This document shows positions 26,941-39,832 of a stretch of DNA of 64,000 nucleotides, one piece after another. Position 1 is the first letter of the stretch, and the number at the start of each line of letters is the position of its first letter. The notes under the pieces were generated by a model. That model saw only the letters and a program-made list of their open reading frames with translations, was not told the origin of the DNA and made no database searches. Position numbers and translations under genes: made by a program. Source of the stretch: Sulfurimonas sp. (GTDB lineage: Bacteria > Campylobacterota > Campylobacteria > Campylobacterales > Sulfurimonadaceae); NCBI RefSeq assembly GCF_014859695.1, contig NZ_JACUTS010000005.1, positions 4,274 through 68,273 of the forward strand, in the 5' to 3' direction.

Positions 26941-27459
26941 GTGAGTAGAATTTTAGTATTTATGCTAATGATATCAACCTATGCATTGGCATCCAGTGGC
27001 AGTGCAGAAAACGCAGGAACAGACATAGTACAAAGAACGGTAAACTTTTTACTGTTTGCAGCTCTTATCTGGTATCTTGTTGCTGAACCTGTAAAAAACT
27101 ATTTTTCATCAAGAAGTCAGTCGATTGCCAATGAGATGAAAAAAGTGCAAGATAAGTTAAGAGAGACGGCAGCTCTGAAAAAAGATGCTTTAGCTAAAAT
27201 TACAGCGGCTGAAAAATTCACACAGGATTTGGCAGTTAGTTCAAAAAAAGAGAATAAAATTATCAATGATAATATTATGTCTCAATGTGATGCTGATGTA
27301 GAAAATATGGCGAAGCAACAAGCTATTTTAATAGAGTTTGAGCAAAGAAAAATGGTTCGAAGTGTTGTCGAAGAGACGCTTAAAGAAGTTCTTGCTCAGA
27401 GTGATGAGAGCTTTGATAAAGAAGCGATGGCAAATGTTATCTTAAAGAAGGTGGCATAG
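26941..27459 (+). CDS. atpF: F0F1 ATP synthase subunit b
   Basis: N-terminal hydrophobic segment plus a coiled coil. Lies between the b' and delta genes. Confidence 0.8.
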   Translation: MSRILVFMLMISTYALASSGSAENAGTDIVQRTVNFLLFAALIWYLVAEPVKNYFSSRSQSIANEMKKVQDKLRETAALKKDALAKITAAEKFTQDLAVSSKKENKIINDNIMSQCDADVENMAKQQAILIEFEQRKMVRSVVEETLKEVLAQSDESFDKEAMANVILKKVA

Positions 27460-27460
27460 C

Positions 27461-27994
27461 ATGGAAGAGTTAATTGCAAAAAGATATATAAAAGCTCTTA
27501 AAAAGAGCTCCAGTGCAGAGAAGATGCAAGAGACATCTGCTATATTTTCTATTTTAGCTGAAGCATTTAAAGATGAAAAGTTTATTCAAATCATCAACAA
27601 TCCTGATATTGATAAAAATCAAAAGTCAGCGATTTTATTGGATGCAGTTAAATCTGCAGAATCAAAAGATGTTGAGAATTTAATTAAACTTCTCGCTGAG
27701 CACAATCGAATTGGCATTATTCCTGCAATAGCTGAAGTAATGAGAAAAGATATAGCTGTTACGACAAAAAACTATACTGGAGTTATATATAGTGACAGTG
27801 AGGTTGATGCGAAGGTCATAGAAGACTTAAGCAACGGGTTAAGCAGCAAGTTTGATTCAAAAATATCTTTAAAGTTTGAGAAAAGCAGCTTTAACGGAAT
27901 AAAAGTAGATGTTGAAGATTTAGGTATTGAGATTAGTTTCTCAAAATCAAGAATTAACAGTCAAATTATAGAACATATTGCAAAAGCAATTTAA
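27461..27994 (+). CDS. atpH: F0F1 ATP synthase subunit delta (OSCP)
   Basis: 177 aa. OSCP-like N-terminus (AKRYIKAL), and sits before atpA. Confidence 0.85.
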   Translation: MEELIAKRYIKALKKSSSAEKMQETSAIFSILAEAFKDEKFIQIINNPDIDKNQKSAILLDAVKSAESKDVENLIKLLAEHNRIGIIPAIAEVMRKDIAVTTKNYTGVIYSDSEVDAKVIEDLSNGLSSKFDSKISLKFEKSSFNGIKVDVEDLGIEISFSKSRINSQIIEHIAKAI

Positions 27995-28017
27995 CTTTCA
28001 ACGAGAGGAGACGTGTA

Positions 28018-29535
28018 GTGGTAGCAAAAATTCAGGCTGATGAAATCAGCTCAATAATAAAAGAGCGTATCGATAACTTTGAACTAAGTGTTGATATCAA
28101 TGAGACAGGTAAAATCGTTTCATATGCTGACGGCGTTGCGCAAGTTTACGGACTTAGCAATGTTATGGCTGGTGAGATGGTAGAGTTCGAAGAGGGAACT
28201 AGAGGTTTAGTTATGAACCTTGAGGAGAGCACTGTAGGTGTTGTTATTCTTGGAGGAGGAACAATGTTGAAAGAGGGCATGTCTGTAAAAAGACTAGGTC
28301 GTCTTCTTCGTGTTCCTGTTGGCGACGCGCTTCTTGGGCGTGTTGTTAATGCTCTAGGTGAGCCGATTGATGGAAAAGGTCCAATTGAGACAACTGAAAC
28401 TCGTTTCGTTGAGGAGAAGGCACCTGGTATTATGGACAGAAAATCTGTTCATGAGCCACTAGCAACAGGTATCAAAGCTATTGATGCGCTTGTTCCAATC
28501 GGAAGAGGTCAAAGAGAGCTTATCATCGGTGACCGTCAAACCGGTAAAACAACAATCGCATTAGACGCTATTATCAATCAAAAAGGTAACGGTGTTGTTT
28601 GTATTTATGTTGCTGTTGGTCAAAAAGAGTCAACTGTTGCACAAATCATTCGTCGTTTAGAAGATCATGGTGCACTAGAGTACACTATTATCGTTTCTGC
28701 TACGGCAGCTGAGGCAGCAGCACTTCAATTCTTGGCTCCATATACCGGTGTTACTATGGGTGAATATTTCCGTGACAACGCTAGACATGGTCTGATTGTA
28801 TATGATGATTTAAGTAAACATGCAGTTGCTTACCGTGAGATGTCACTTATTCTTCGTCGCCCTCCAGGTCGTGAAGCATATCCTGGTGACGTTTTCTATA
28901 TCCACTCTCGTCTTTTAGAGAGAGCTGCAAAAGTTTCTGATGAAAGAGGCGCAGGTTCATTAACTGCTCTTCCTATTATTGAGACACAAGCGGGTGACGT
29001 TTCGGCGTATATTCCTACTAACGTTATCTCTATTACTGATGGTCAGATTTTTCTTGAGACTGAACTATTTAACTCGGGTGTTCGTCCGGCGATTAACGTT
29101 GGTCTTTCTGTTTCTCGTGTTGGTGGAGCTGCTCAGATTAAAGCTACAAAGCAGGTTGCCGGTACGTTAAGACTTGACCTTGCTCAGTATCGTGAGTTAC
29201 AAGCATTTGCACAATTTGCATCTGACCTTGATGAGACATCTCGTAAGCAGTTAGAGCGTGGACAGAGAATGGTTGAAGTTCTTAAGCAGCCTCCTTTTTC
29301 TCCACTATCTGTTGAGAAGCAAGTTCTAATTATATTTGCCGGAAATGAAGGTTTCTTGGATGACATGGATTCTTCAAACGTTGTTCGTTTTGAAGCAGAG
29401 TTGTATCCATTTGTTGAAGCATCTTACCCTCAAATATTTGAGAGTGTCAGAAGTACTTCTAATGTAGATGATGACACTAAGGCACTAATGTTGAAAGCAC
29501 TTGAAGAGTTCAAAGCTAACTTCATAGTGGCGTAA
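28018..29535 (+). CDS. atpA: F0F1 ATP synthase subunit alpha
   Basis: GDRQTGKT P-loop, YDDLSKHA and [12 protein letters not shown] motifs. Confidence 0.98.
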   Translation: MVAKIQADEISSIIKERIDNFELSVDINETGKIVSYADGVAQVYGLSNVMAGEMVEFEEGTRGLVMNLEESTVGVVILGGGTMLKEGMSVKRLGRLLRVPVGDALLGRVVNALGEPIDGKGPIETTETRFVEEKAPGIMDRKSVHEPLATGIKAIDALVPIGRGQRELIIGDRQTGKTTIALDAIINQKGNGVVCIYVAVGQKESTVAQIIRRLEDHGALEYTIIVSATAAEAAALQFLAPYTGVTMGEYFRDNARHGLIVYDDLSKHAVAYREMSLILRRPPGREAYPGDVFYIHSRLLERAAKVSDERGAGSLTALPIIETQAGDVSAYIPTNVISITDGQIFLETELFNSGVRPAINVGLSVSRVGGAAQIKATKQVAGTLRLDLAQYRELQAFAQFASDLDETSRKQLERGQRMVEVLKQPPFSPLSVEKQVLIIFAGNEGFLDDMDSSNVVRFEAELYPFVEASYPQIFESVRSTSNVDDDTKALMLKALEEFKANFIVA

Positions 29536-29545
29536 GGAAAACTTT

Positions 29546-31839
<2,294 letters not shown>

Positions 31840-31855
31840 TTCATAAAGGACTAAC

Positions 31856-32248
31856 ATGAATAAGTTAAAACTTGAAATCCTTACTCCTAATGGCGTCATC
31901 TATGATGGTGAAGCACTTAGCGTAACTCTTCCAGGCGAAGAGGGCGAGTTTGGAGTTCTAGCAGAACACTCTAGTCTGACTACACTGCTTGAAGCAGGTG
32001 TAATTGACATAGAGAAAGAGGATAAATCAGTCGAATCAATTCTTATCAACTGGGGCGTTGTTCAGGTTGATGAAGAGAAAGTTATAGTATTGGTTGAAGG
32101 CGCAGTAGCTATTCGCGGAGAGACTGAAAGTGCTATCTCTAAAGCACTTGAAGACGCTAAGGAACTTATTGAGTCTATTAAGGACAATAACCCTGCGATC
32201 GCTACCGTTACTGCAAGACTCGAGTCAGCAGCACAAAATTTACTCTAG
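31856..32248 (+). CDS. atpC: F0F1 ATP synthase subunit epsilon
   Basis: 130 aa with a beta-sandwich N-domain and helical C-domain. Follows atpD. Confidence 0.9.
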   Translation: MNKLKLEILTPNGVIYDGEALSVTLPGEEGEFGVLAEHSSLTTLLEAGVIDIEKEDKSVESILINWGVVQVDEEKVIVLVEGAVAIRGETESAISKALEDAKELIESIKDNNPAIATVTARLESAAQNLL

Positions 32249-32251
32249 ATT

Positions 32252-32818
32252 ATGATTAACGAAATAATTGATTTTTACATAAAAAGCCACCCTGTAACAC
32301 TAGGGGTTTTGGCAATTTTGGCACTATACTTCATAGTGCTAAATTGGGTTTTTTTCTATCGATACTTTTCTCTTAGTAGTTGGCTTGAGACAGAGAGCAG
32401 ATCTCTTGAGAGTCTTCTTATGGGAGCAACAGCCGTAGACCCGCAATCTTTTTTAAGCAATTTTTTAAAAACAAGTACAAATGCATCAAAAGATATTTTA
32501 GCGCTTGCCGCTTCTGCAGCCACAAAAGATGCAACAAAAGGGCTCTCAGTGCTTTCTGTATTTGCTTCTACAACTCCTTTCATAGGTCTTTTTGGAACTG
32601 TTGTCTCAATATTAGACACTTTCACGCACATTGGACAAAGCAGCGGCGGTATGTCTGTAATAGCGAGTGGAGTCTCTGATGCACTGGTAGCAACTGCTGC
32701 AGGTATTTTCGTTGCAATATTTGCATATACGTATCACCAGATACTAAAGAGAAAATCATTTGAGCTAATCAGCTTTATTGAGATGCAAAGCGACGCAATA
32801 ATAGCTAGAAAAGTGTAA
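32252..32818 (+). CDS. tolQ: MotA/TolQ/ExbB family proton channel (Tol-Pal context)
   Basis: Three-TM layout with a conserved C-terminal segment (GLFGTV..I...F, ALVATAAGI). Heads the tolR-tolB-pal cluster. Confidence 0.8.
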   Translation: MINEIIDFYIKSHPVTLGVLAILALYFIVLNWVFFYRYFSLSSWLETESRSLESLLMGATAVDPQSFLSNFLKTSTNASKDILALAASAATKDATKGLSVLSVFASTTPFIGLFGTVVSILDTFTHIGQSSGGMSVIASGVSDALVATAAGIFVAIFAYTYHQILKRKSFELISFIEMQSDAIIARKV

Positions 32819-32820
32819 AA

Positions 32821-33216
32821 ATGGCTTATGATTGGGATGAGAAACCGGAACTAAACATTACTCCGCTTGTGGACGTAATGCTCGTTCTTCTAGCCATTAT
32901 GATGGTTATAGCACCAAATATGATTTATGAGGAGAAGATAAATCTTCCTCAAAGCTCAAAAACAAAATCACTATCTAAAATACCACCTGTTCATATTACT
33001 ATAGATAAAGATTTGAATCTAAAAGTAAACAAAGATAATTTTGAGTTAGATGCTTCATTTCAAGACAATTTTTTTCTCTATTCAAAAAAGCTTGATTTAA
33101 AAGCGACTGTGCTTATAAGTGCAGATAAAAGTTTGGATTATGGTGTTGTTATGTCTGTTCTGGCTGCTGTTAAACAAGCAGGTTTTACCGAGGTATCATT
33201 AGCTACTAATGGATAA
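32821..33216 (+). CDS. tolR: ExbD/TolR family protein
   Basis: INITPLVDVMLVLLAIMMV, a TM helix with the conserved Asp. 131 aa. Confidence 0.85.
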   Translation: MAYDWDEKPELNITPLVDVMLVLLAIMMVIAPNMIYEEKINLPQSSKTKSLSKIPPVHITIDKDLNLKVNKDNFELDASFQDNFFLYSKKLDLKATVLISADKSLDYGVVMSVLAAVKQAGFTEVSLATNG

Positions 33217-33979
33217 TAAAAACTCCTACTTCTATATTAGCGGTGCTATATCGCTCTCTCTTTTTTTCTTTTTTTCACTGCTTTTTTTAATTTTTATAAC
33301 CTCGTCAAAAGAGATGAAAAGCTTTGCTATGAAAAAAGAGAACTATATATCTATATCTATGGATATCCCAAAAATTCAGACAAGCAGTTCTAAAAAAAGT
33401 ATAGACACTCCCATTAAAAAAGAGGAAGAAATAAAGCCTGTTTTGAAAGAGGATGCAAAACCTGAGACGACAAAAACGGCTGAAAAAAAAGCAAGAAGCG
33501 TTGAAGAGCTATTTAGCGATGTTTGGACGCAAGATATTAAAAAAACGCAAGAGGTTAAAAAGCCAAAAACTGACAAAAGAGTTTTAGACGAAATTCAAAG
33601 AAAGATTCAAAAATCCGACACAAACAGAGCTGAATCAATCTCGCAAAAAATCCAGAGTATGGATGCCCAAAAAACAGAAGATGAGAGTTCAAAGAGCTCC
33701 ACGGCAACAGAGGTTAATGAATATTTAGCTAAAATTCAAGCTTTAGTATATGAGTACTTTTATCCTCCAAAGAACTCACAGGGTAACGGAGTGACGGCTG
33801 TTATTGAGCTTAGTGCAATGGGCAAAGTAATTGATTTTAGAATTCTTGCTTATTCAGACAATGAAGCCTTAAACAGAGAGTGTGAGAAGATAAAAGATAG
33901 GCTCAGCAGTATACTTTTTCCAAAAAGCCCCAGCAACAGTTCTGGGAGATATAAAATAATTCTAATTTCTGAGGAGTAA
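33209..33979 (+). CDS. TolA/TonB-like energy transducer
   Basis: N-terminal TM anchor, Lys/Glu/Pro-rich spacer and a TonB/TolA-type C-terminal domain. Lies between tolR and tolB. Confidence 0.65.
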   Translation: MDNKNSYFYISGAISLSLFFFFSLLFLIFITSSKEMKSFAMKKENYISISMDIPKIQTSSSKKSIDTPIKKEEEIKPVLKEDAKPETTKTAEKKARSVEELFSDVWTQDIKKTQEVKKPKTDKRVLDEIQRKIQKSDTNRAESISQKIQSMDAQKTEDESSKSSTATEVNEYLAKIQALVYEYFYPPKNSQGNGVTAVIELSAMGKVIDFRILAYSDNEALNRECEKIKDRLSSILFPKSPSNSSGRYKIILISEE

Positions 33980-33982
33980 TAT

Positions 33983-35233
33983 TTGAAAATAATAATTTCA
34001 TTTTTAATAACTATAACTTTTATGTTTGCAAGTGACGCGACAATAGAGGTTATTAAAAAAGTTGATTCACTTCCTTCACTGGCGATTGAAGATGCCTCTA
34101 CTAGTTATGATGATACTTTTAGAAATAGATTTTTTAAATCTTTAGTAGCGGATTTAAATGTTCTTTCAATCTTTAATGTAGAGAGAGCTCATCGTAAAGT
34201 TAACTATGATGCAAGCAGCGTATTGGTAGAAAACAAAGATATGAACTATGTTTTAAGATATAAGCTAAGCGAAGATGACTCGCGTGCGTTAAATTTAGAG
34301 CTCAAACTGATAAGCCAAGAGAAGATTATATTTAACAAAAACTATAAAGTTAACAATACGAACGTATATATGTTTGTTTCTCATACCATAGCATACGATA
34401 TAAATAAATTTATGGGCGAGGCGCCTGTTGAGTGGATGAAGAGAAAAGTCATCTTCTCAAGAATGGTTGACCCTCAAAAAAGCGAGTTGGTTATTGCAGA
34501 TTATACTCTGACATATCAACATGTTGTTGTTAAAGGCGGTTTTAACATATTCCCAAAATGGGCAAATAAAGAGCAGACAGCCTTTTACTACAGCTCTTTA
34601 GATGAGAAAGTGCCTACATTAAAGTATGTAGATATTAAAACCGGAAAAAGCAGTGTTATAAAATCTTCAGATGGCATGATGATATGTTCTGATGTTAATG
34701 ATGATGGCAGCAAGCTTCTTTTGACTATGGCACCGCAGGGTCAGCCGGATATCTATCTGTATGATGTTAAAACAAAAAGTACGAAAAAACTGACAACTTT
34801 TGGCGGCATAGATGTAGGCGCGCAGTTTTTAGGCAGTGACAGCATTGTATTTGTCTCTGACCGTTTAGGATATCCAAATATATTTTCTAAAAATTTGAGC
34901 ACAGGAAGTGTTGAACAGATGGTCTATTACGGCAAAAGCAATGCTGCTTGTAGCGTGTTCGGACAGTATATAGTTTATAAAGCAAGAGAGAGTTCTGAGT
35001 CATTCGGAGATAATACATTCAACCTTCATTTAATATCTATGGGGACGGATTTTATAAGAAGATTGACTGCTGTTGGAGTAAATGAGTTTCCTAGATTTTC
35101 TGTAGATGGAGACGCAATAATTTTTATTAAGAACTATAAGTCCCAAAGTTCTATAGGAATAATTAGAGTAAATCATAATAAAAATTATCTATTTCCTTTG
35201 AAGTATGGAAAAGTACAGTCAATGGATTGGTAA
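33983..35233 (+). CDS. tolB: Tol-Pal system beta-propeller protein TolB
   Basis: Signal peptide, N-terminal alpha/beta domain and repeated propeller blades (..PDIYLYD.., FSVDGD..). TTG start. Confidence 0.9.
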   Translation: MKIIISFLITITFMFASDATIEVIKKVDSLPSLAIEDASTSYDDTFRNRFFKSLVADLNVLSIFNVERAHRKVNYDASSVLVENKDMNYVLRYKLSEDDSRALNLELKLISQEKIIFNKNYKVNNTNVYMFVSHTIAYDINKFMGEAPVEWMKRKVIFSRMVDPQKSELVIADYTLTYQHVVVKGGFNIFPKWANKEQTAFYYSSLDEKVPTLKYVDIKTGKSSVIKSSDGMMICSDVNDDGSKLLLTMAPQGQPDIYLYDVKTKSTKKLTTFGGIDVGAQFLGSDSIVFVSDRLGYPNIFSKNLSTGSVEQMVYYGKSNAACSVFGQYIVYKARESSESFGDNTFNLHLISMGTDFIRRLTAVGVNEFPRFSVDGDAIIFIKNYKSQSSIGIIRVNHNKNYLFPLKYGKVQSMDW

Positions 35234-35305
35234 AAGTGTGATTATAAAAATATATTAATTTTATTTTGGTACAATCACAACAACTAAAATTTAAGGTAGA
35301 AGAAG

Positions 35306-35878
35306 ATGAAAAGCATTGTAATTTCGAGTGCAATAGTAGCACTTTTAGTATTAAGCGGATGTGGCGATAAAGACCCAAAAGTTGATGATTCGGGTATTGA
35401 TAGCAGCGTTAGTCAAGAAGTTGTACAAGATCCATCAACTCAAGAAGCAGTACAAACAGAGACAGTATCATCTAGTGAGGCAGAAGTTATGAGTGATGTG
35501 GCTTCACAGGAGACAGAGACTCAAGCAATGATGAGAGTTGAAAAAGAGTTGTTGAGTATATACTTTGATTTTGACAAGTTTAACGTAAGAAGCGACATGC
35601 AGGGAAATCTATCCACTGACGCAGATATTGCAAAGACTAAGGCTAAAGATTTTTCTATTAAGCTAGAAGGCAATTGTGATGAGTGGGGAAGCGATGAGTA
35701 TAACTTTGCTTTAGGACTTAAAAGATCTAACACTGTTAAAATGGCTCTTGTTGCAGAGGGCGTTGATGCTAGCCGTATAACAATGGTAAGTTTTGGTGAG
35801 AGCAACCCTGTGTGTAGTGACAAGACTAGAGAGTGTTGGGCTAAGAATCGTAGAGTTGACTTTAAACTTTTACCATAA
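35306..35878 (+). CDS. pal: peptidoglycan-associated lipoprotein Pal (OmpA-family C-domain)
   Basis: Lipobox LSGC and OmpA_C motifs (IYFDFDKFNVR ... NRRVDF). Confidence 0.9.
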   Translation: MKSIVISSAIVALLVLSGCGDKDPKVDDSGIDSSVSQEVVQDPSTQEAVQTETVSSSEAEVMSDVASQETETQAMMRVEKELLSIYFDFDKFNVRSDMQGNLSTDADIAKTKAKDFSIKLEGNCDEWGSDEYNFALGLKRSNTVKMALVAEGVDASRITMVSFGESNPVCSDKTRECWAKNRRVDFKLLP

Positions 35879-35884
35879 TAGTAT

Positions 35885-36835
35885 ATGAACATGGTTAAAT
35901 CAATTGCTGCTTTAGCAATTATCCTTCCTTGTTATCTCTTGGGTGCCGAACCATCAGCGTTTGGTGCCGGAGATTTAAACAATCCCAATCCATACGGCCT
36001 AACCTCCACAGAGGCTGTTTTGCTGGAGACTAAAAAAAATCTTAATAAAGTTGTCGTAAAAAGTAACAACCAGGCAAATGAAGTTGAATCACTCAGACAA
36101 AGAGTTGACGGGCTACAGACAATTATTGAGAGTATTAGTACATCTTCACATGAAAACAAGTTGAAGATTAAATCTCTACTTGATGAGAGTTCGCTCAAAA
36201 GCCAAAGCAATGTTGAATATGAGAAGAGAGTCTCTAAAACAATAGAAGATAATAGTAACGCTATTGTCGTAAATGCCAAAGAGATAGAGAAAATAAATCT
36301 TTTAATCATCGAGATTTCTAAAATTGTTGATTCTATAAACGAGTCTTACGTTAGCAAAAATGAGTTTAATTCACTCGTACATGATGTTAATAAATTTAAA
36401 GATCTTGTAGCAAAAGAGTTAAAAGCAAAAGAGAAGCAGCCCTTAAAACAGTCCACTTACGAGGGGATGACAAACGGAGAGGTTGAAACAAAAGCTAAAG
36501 AACTCTATGATCAAAAGAGTTATAGTGAATCAATCAAGTATTATAAATATCTCATAGATAAAAACTATAAACCGGCTCGTTCTCACTATATGGCAGGAGA
36601 GATTGAATACTATAAAAAAAATTATGCTGCGGCAATCGCATACTTTAAAAAGAGTGCATCACTCTACTCAAAAGCTGACTATATGCCTACTTTGATGCTT
36701 CATACAGCAATTTCAATGGACGAGACAGGCGATAAAAAAAATGCAGTAAATTTTTATGATGCAGTAATTTCACAGTATCCAAACAGTGATTCTGCAAAAA
36801 TAGCAAAAAACAGGTTAAGTAAAACAAAAGAGTAG
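35885..36835 (+). CDS. cpoB: Tol-Pal associated TPR protein CpoB/YbgF-like
   Basis: Signal peptide, long coiled coil and C-terminal TPR repeats. Sits immediately after pal. Confidence 0.7.
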   Translation: MNMVKSIAALAIILPCYLLGAEPSAFGAGDLNNPNPYGLTSTEAVLLETKKNLNKVVVKSNNQANEVESLRQRVDGLQTIIESISTSSHENKLKIKSLLDESSLKSQSNVEYEKRVSKTIEDNSNAIVVNAKEIEKINLLIIEISKIVDSINESYVSKNEFNSLVHDVNKFKDLVAKELKAKEKQPLKQSTYEGMTNGEVETKAKELYDQKSYSESIKYYKYLIDKNYKPARSHYMAGEIEYYKKNYAAAIAYFKKSASLYSKADYMPTLMLHTAISMDETGDKKNAVNFYDAVISQYPNSDSAKIAKNRLSKTKE

Positions 36836-36900
36836 TATATTAGCAATTACTATAATTATGATAAAATCACAAAAAACAAAAAAATAAAAGGTATATAAAT

Positions 36901-37413
36901 ATGGCAATAGAGGCAAATCAGATTGTATCAATAGAGTATGAAGTCAATGATGGAGAAAAAGTTGTAGATAGTAATATTGGTGGAGAGCCACTGGTATTTA
37001 TGTTTGGAAAAGGGCAGATTATTCCTGGACTTGAAAATGCAATAATAGATATGACAATAGGTCAAAGAGCAGAAGTTACCGTAAAAGCTAAAGATGCATA
37101 CGGTGAGTACGACAGTGAAGCAATTCAAGAGGTTCCAAAAGATCAGTTTTCTGGAATTGACTTAGAAGTTGGGATGCCGCTTTATGGTCAGGGTGAAGAT
37201 GGCGGAACTGTTCAGGTTACGGTTAAAGAGATAGGTGATGAGAGCGTAATAATAGATTTTAATCACCCATTGGCGGGCAAAGATTTGGCTTTTGTGGTAG
37301 TAATAAATAATATTAGAGAAGCATCAGCCGATGAGTTAATGAGTGGTATTCCTGTAGAAAATCAGCATGATGATTGCTGTGGTACAGGTGGCGGCACTGG
37401 CTGTGGATGCTAG
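36901..37413 (+). CDS. slyD: FKBP-type peptidyl-prolyl isomerase SlyD with Cys/His-rich metal-binding tail
   Basis: FKBP core with IF insert (FMFGKGQIIPGLE..., DFNHPLAGKDL). The tail is HDDCCGTGGGTGCGC. Confidence 0.9.
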   Translation: MAIEANQIVSIEYEVNDGEKVVDSNIGGEPLVFMFGKGQIIPGLENAIIDMTIGQRAEVTVKAKDAYGEYDSEAIQEVPKDQFSGIDLEVGMPLYGQGEDGGTVQVTVKEIGDESVIIDFNHPLAGKDLAFVVVINNIREASADELMSGIPVENQHDDCCGTGGGTGCGC

Positions 37414-38152
37414 TTATATAACTGCATGTCCATCATCTGCGCAGGCGTTTAAAACAGCAACTCTTTTAAAAACACTGAATGTAAACGCACTCATAACAGG
37501 AGAGGTTGGAGTGGGCAAGAGAAGTTTGGCTCACTACATACTTCCTGATGCCCCCATCTTTGATGCATCAAATTATGATGAACTTTTAGCAACTCTTGAT
37601 AGTGTTGCTAAAGTAATTATTACAAATATAGAAAACTCACCAAATATAAAAAAAGTACTAGATATCTTAAGCAGCAAGAATATAAGAGTTGTAGCTACTG
37701 CTAAAAATTCATATTATAACAGAGATGCAGATAAATTTTTTAGTGTTAAATTTGAGATACCTTCTCTTAGAGAGAGACCGGAGGATGTTGAAGAGTTGAC
37801 ACAAAAATTTATAAAAGAGGCATCTTTGCTTTTTTGTTCAAAAGATGAGTTTAAAGTCAAAAACTTCAAGCCTGACTTAAGTCAGAACTCAAACTCTTTA
37901 AGAAGACAGATTATGATCAATTATCTTCTGCAGGATATACGAGAAGATGAACTCATGGAGATACTTCAAAACTATCTAACTGAGAAATTGGGTTCCAACA
38001 ATGATTATAAAAAGTTTTTACATCTCTATGAAGTTCCTCTTATTAGGGCAGGGCTTGAGAGATTTAAATCTCAGCTTCAACTCTCAGACAAACTAGGACT
38101 CAATAGAAATACTCTTAGAAAAAAGATGGCTGATAATATTAATTACTTATAA
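37367..38152 (+). CDS. degenerate sigma-54-activator-like protein (AAA+ remnant + Fis-type HTH), no receiver domain
   Basis: Walker-A-like GEVGVGKRSLA, EBP-type IPSLRERPEDVEEL, and C-terminal HTH QLSDKLGLNRNTLRKKM. I saw no GAFTGA or ESELFGH motif. The start is uncertain (ATG 37367 or GTG 37403, both overlapping the slyD 3' end). Confidence 0.6.
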   Translation: MMIAVVQVAALAVDASYITACPSSAQAFKTATLLKTLNVNALITGEVGVGKRSLAHYILPDAPIFDASNYDELLATLDSVAKVIITNIENSPNIKKVLDILSSKNIRVVATAKNSYYNRDADKFFSVKFEIPSLRERPEDVEELTQKFIKEASLLFCSKDEFKVKNFKPDLSQNSNSLRRQIMINYLLQDIREDELMEILQNYLTEKLGSNNDYKKFLHLYEVPLIRAGLERFKSQLQLSDKLGLNRNTLRKKMADNINYL

Positions 38153-38163
38153 AAAGGGAAAAA

Positions 38164-39102
38164 ATGAAAAAAATAGCAATGATTTTTGCGGGGCAGGGTT
38201 CTCAGGCAACAGGAATGGGAAAAGATTTCTACGATAACTCCGATATGGCAAAAGAGATGTTTGAAGAGGCTGGTAAAAGAGCGGGATTGAAGTTTGACGA
38301 GTTGCTTTTTGCGGAACACGACCTGTTAAATCAGACTGCATATACACAGCCTGCAATTCTTTTGGTTCAAATGATAGCTTATCGTCTGTTTAAGGAAAAA
38401 TGTCCGGATGTGAAAGCCGAACTTTTTTTAGGACACTCATTGGGTGAATTTTCTGCTCTTTGCGCAAGCGGTGCGATTGATTATGTTGATGCGGTTGAAC
38501 TTGTTCACAGACGCGGTCAGCTAATGCAAGACGCATGTAGCGATATTGAAGCGAGCATGATGGTTGTTATGGGACTTGACGATGAGAGCGTTGAGAAGAT
38601 TTGTGTTGATGCGCAAAGCCAAGGAAAAAAAGTTTGGCCGGCAAACTACAATCAAGACGGACAGCTTGTTGTTGCGGGCATGAAGAGTGATTTAGCATCT
38701 CTAGAGCAGATATTTAAAGATGCCGGTGCTAAAAGAGCACTTCTTCTCAACATGTCGGTAGCTAGCCATTGTGAGCTTTTGTCTCCTGCACAAATCCCGC
38801 TTAAGAGTTTGATGGAGGGGATGATAGAGGATAGTTTTGAAGCACCGGTCATCTCAAATGTAACTACAACGGGATACACCACTAAGGATGAAGCAGTTGA
38901 GCTTTTAACAGAGCAGCTTGTAAAACCCGTTAAATATAAACAATCAATCTTGGCGATAGCAGATAAAGTCGATATTGCAATAGAGTTTGGAAACGGGGCA
39001 ACTCTAAAAGGTCTAAACAAAAGAATCGCTCCAAATCTTGAGACTTATACTATTTCAGATATGAAATCACTTCAAGAAGTCATAGAGAAAATTTGCAACT
39101 AA
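38164..39102 (+). CDS. fabD: malonyl-CoA:ACP transacylase
   Basis: FAGQGSQ N-terminus and GHSLGEFSAL active-site serine motif. Confidence 0.95.
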   Translation: MKKIAMIFAGQGSQATGMGKDFYDNSDMAKEMFEEAGKRAGLKFDELLFAEHDLLNQTAYTQPAILLVQMIAYRLFKEKCPDVKAELFLGHSLGEFSALCASGAIDYVDAVELVHRRGQLMQDACSDIEASMMVVMGLDDESVEKICVDAQSQGKKVWPANYNQDGQLVVAGMKSDLASLEQIFKDAGAKRALLLNMSVASHCELLSPAQIPLKSLMEGMIEDSFEAPVISNVTTTGYTTKDEAVELLTEQLVKPVKYKQSILAIADKVDIAIEFGNGATLKGLNKRIAPNLETYTISDMKSLQEVIEKICN

Positions 39103-39103
39103 A

Positions 39104-39832
39104 ATGAGAATTACATTAGCTCAGACATCGCCTAGACTTAACCGCTCAAACATAGATGAAGTTGTATCTATAATAGGCTCTTGTAAACATGAGAGTGATT
39201 TAATAGTGTTTGGCGAGCTCTCTTTAAATGGTTATCTGCTTCAAGATAAGCTCTATGAAGATGCATGGGAGATAGATGAGTTGGATATCTTAAAAGAGTT
39301 AAGTCTTGATGTTGATATCGTAGTAGGTGCTGCGATTAGAGATGGTGAGAGCTTTAGAAATGCAGCACTCTATTTCTCTAAAGGGAAACTCCTCTCAAAG
39401 CACTATAAAGTACATCTTCCAAACTACGGAATGTTTGAAGAGGCTAGGTATTTTAAAGCAGGCACTATTTTTGAGAGTTTTGTGACTCAGTTTGGAAAAA
39501 TATCTATGGTTGTGTGTGAAGATCTTTGGCATAAAGATGTTCATGAAAAGCTGATAAAAGAAAATCCAAGCTATATAGTAGCGCTTGTTGCATCACCCGC
39601 AAGAGGTTTTAGTGATAGCGGAATTGACATAGAAGATAAATGGTATGAAATCATAAAAACGGTTGCAGCAGAGTGCAGAGCCAAGCTTGTCTTTGTAAAC
39701 AGGGTTGGTTTTGAAGATGGGCTTGGATTTTGGGGTGGAAGCTGCATAGTCAACGAAGATGCAAAAATAGTGCATAAATTGCCGCGTTATAAAAAAACAG
39801 TAAAAACATTTGAAACAGAGGAAAATTTATGA
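39104..39832 (+). CDS. carbon-nitrogen hydrolase (nitrilase superfamily)
   Basis: Candidate Glu-Lys-Cys triad in FGELS, HYKVHLP and MVVCEDLWH. Confidence 0.75.
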   Translation: MRITLAQTSPRLNRSNIDEVVSIIGSCKHESDLIVFGELSLNGYLLQDKLYEDAWEIDELDILKELSLDVDIVVGAAIRDGESFRNAALYFSKGKLLSKHYKVHLPNYGMFEEARYFKAGTIFESFVTQFGKISMVVCEDLWHKDVHEKLIKENPSYIVALVASPARGFSDSGIDIEDKWYEIIKTVAAECRAKLVFVNRVGFEDGLGFWGGSCIVNEDAKIVHKLPRYKKTVKTFETEENL

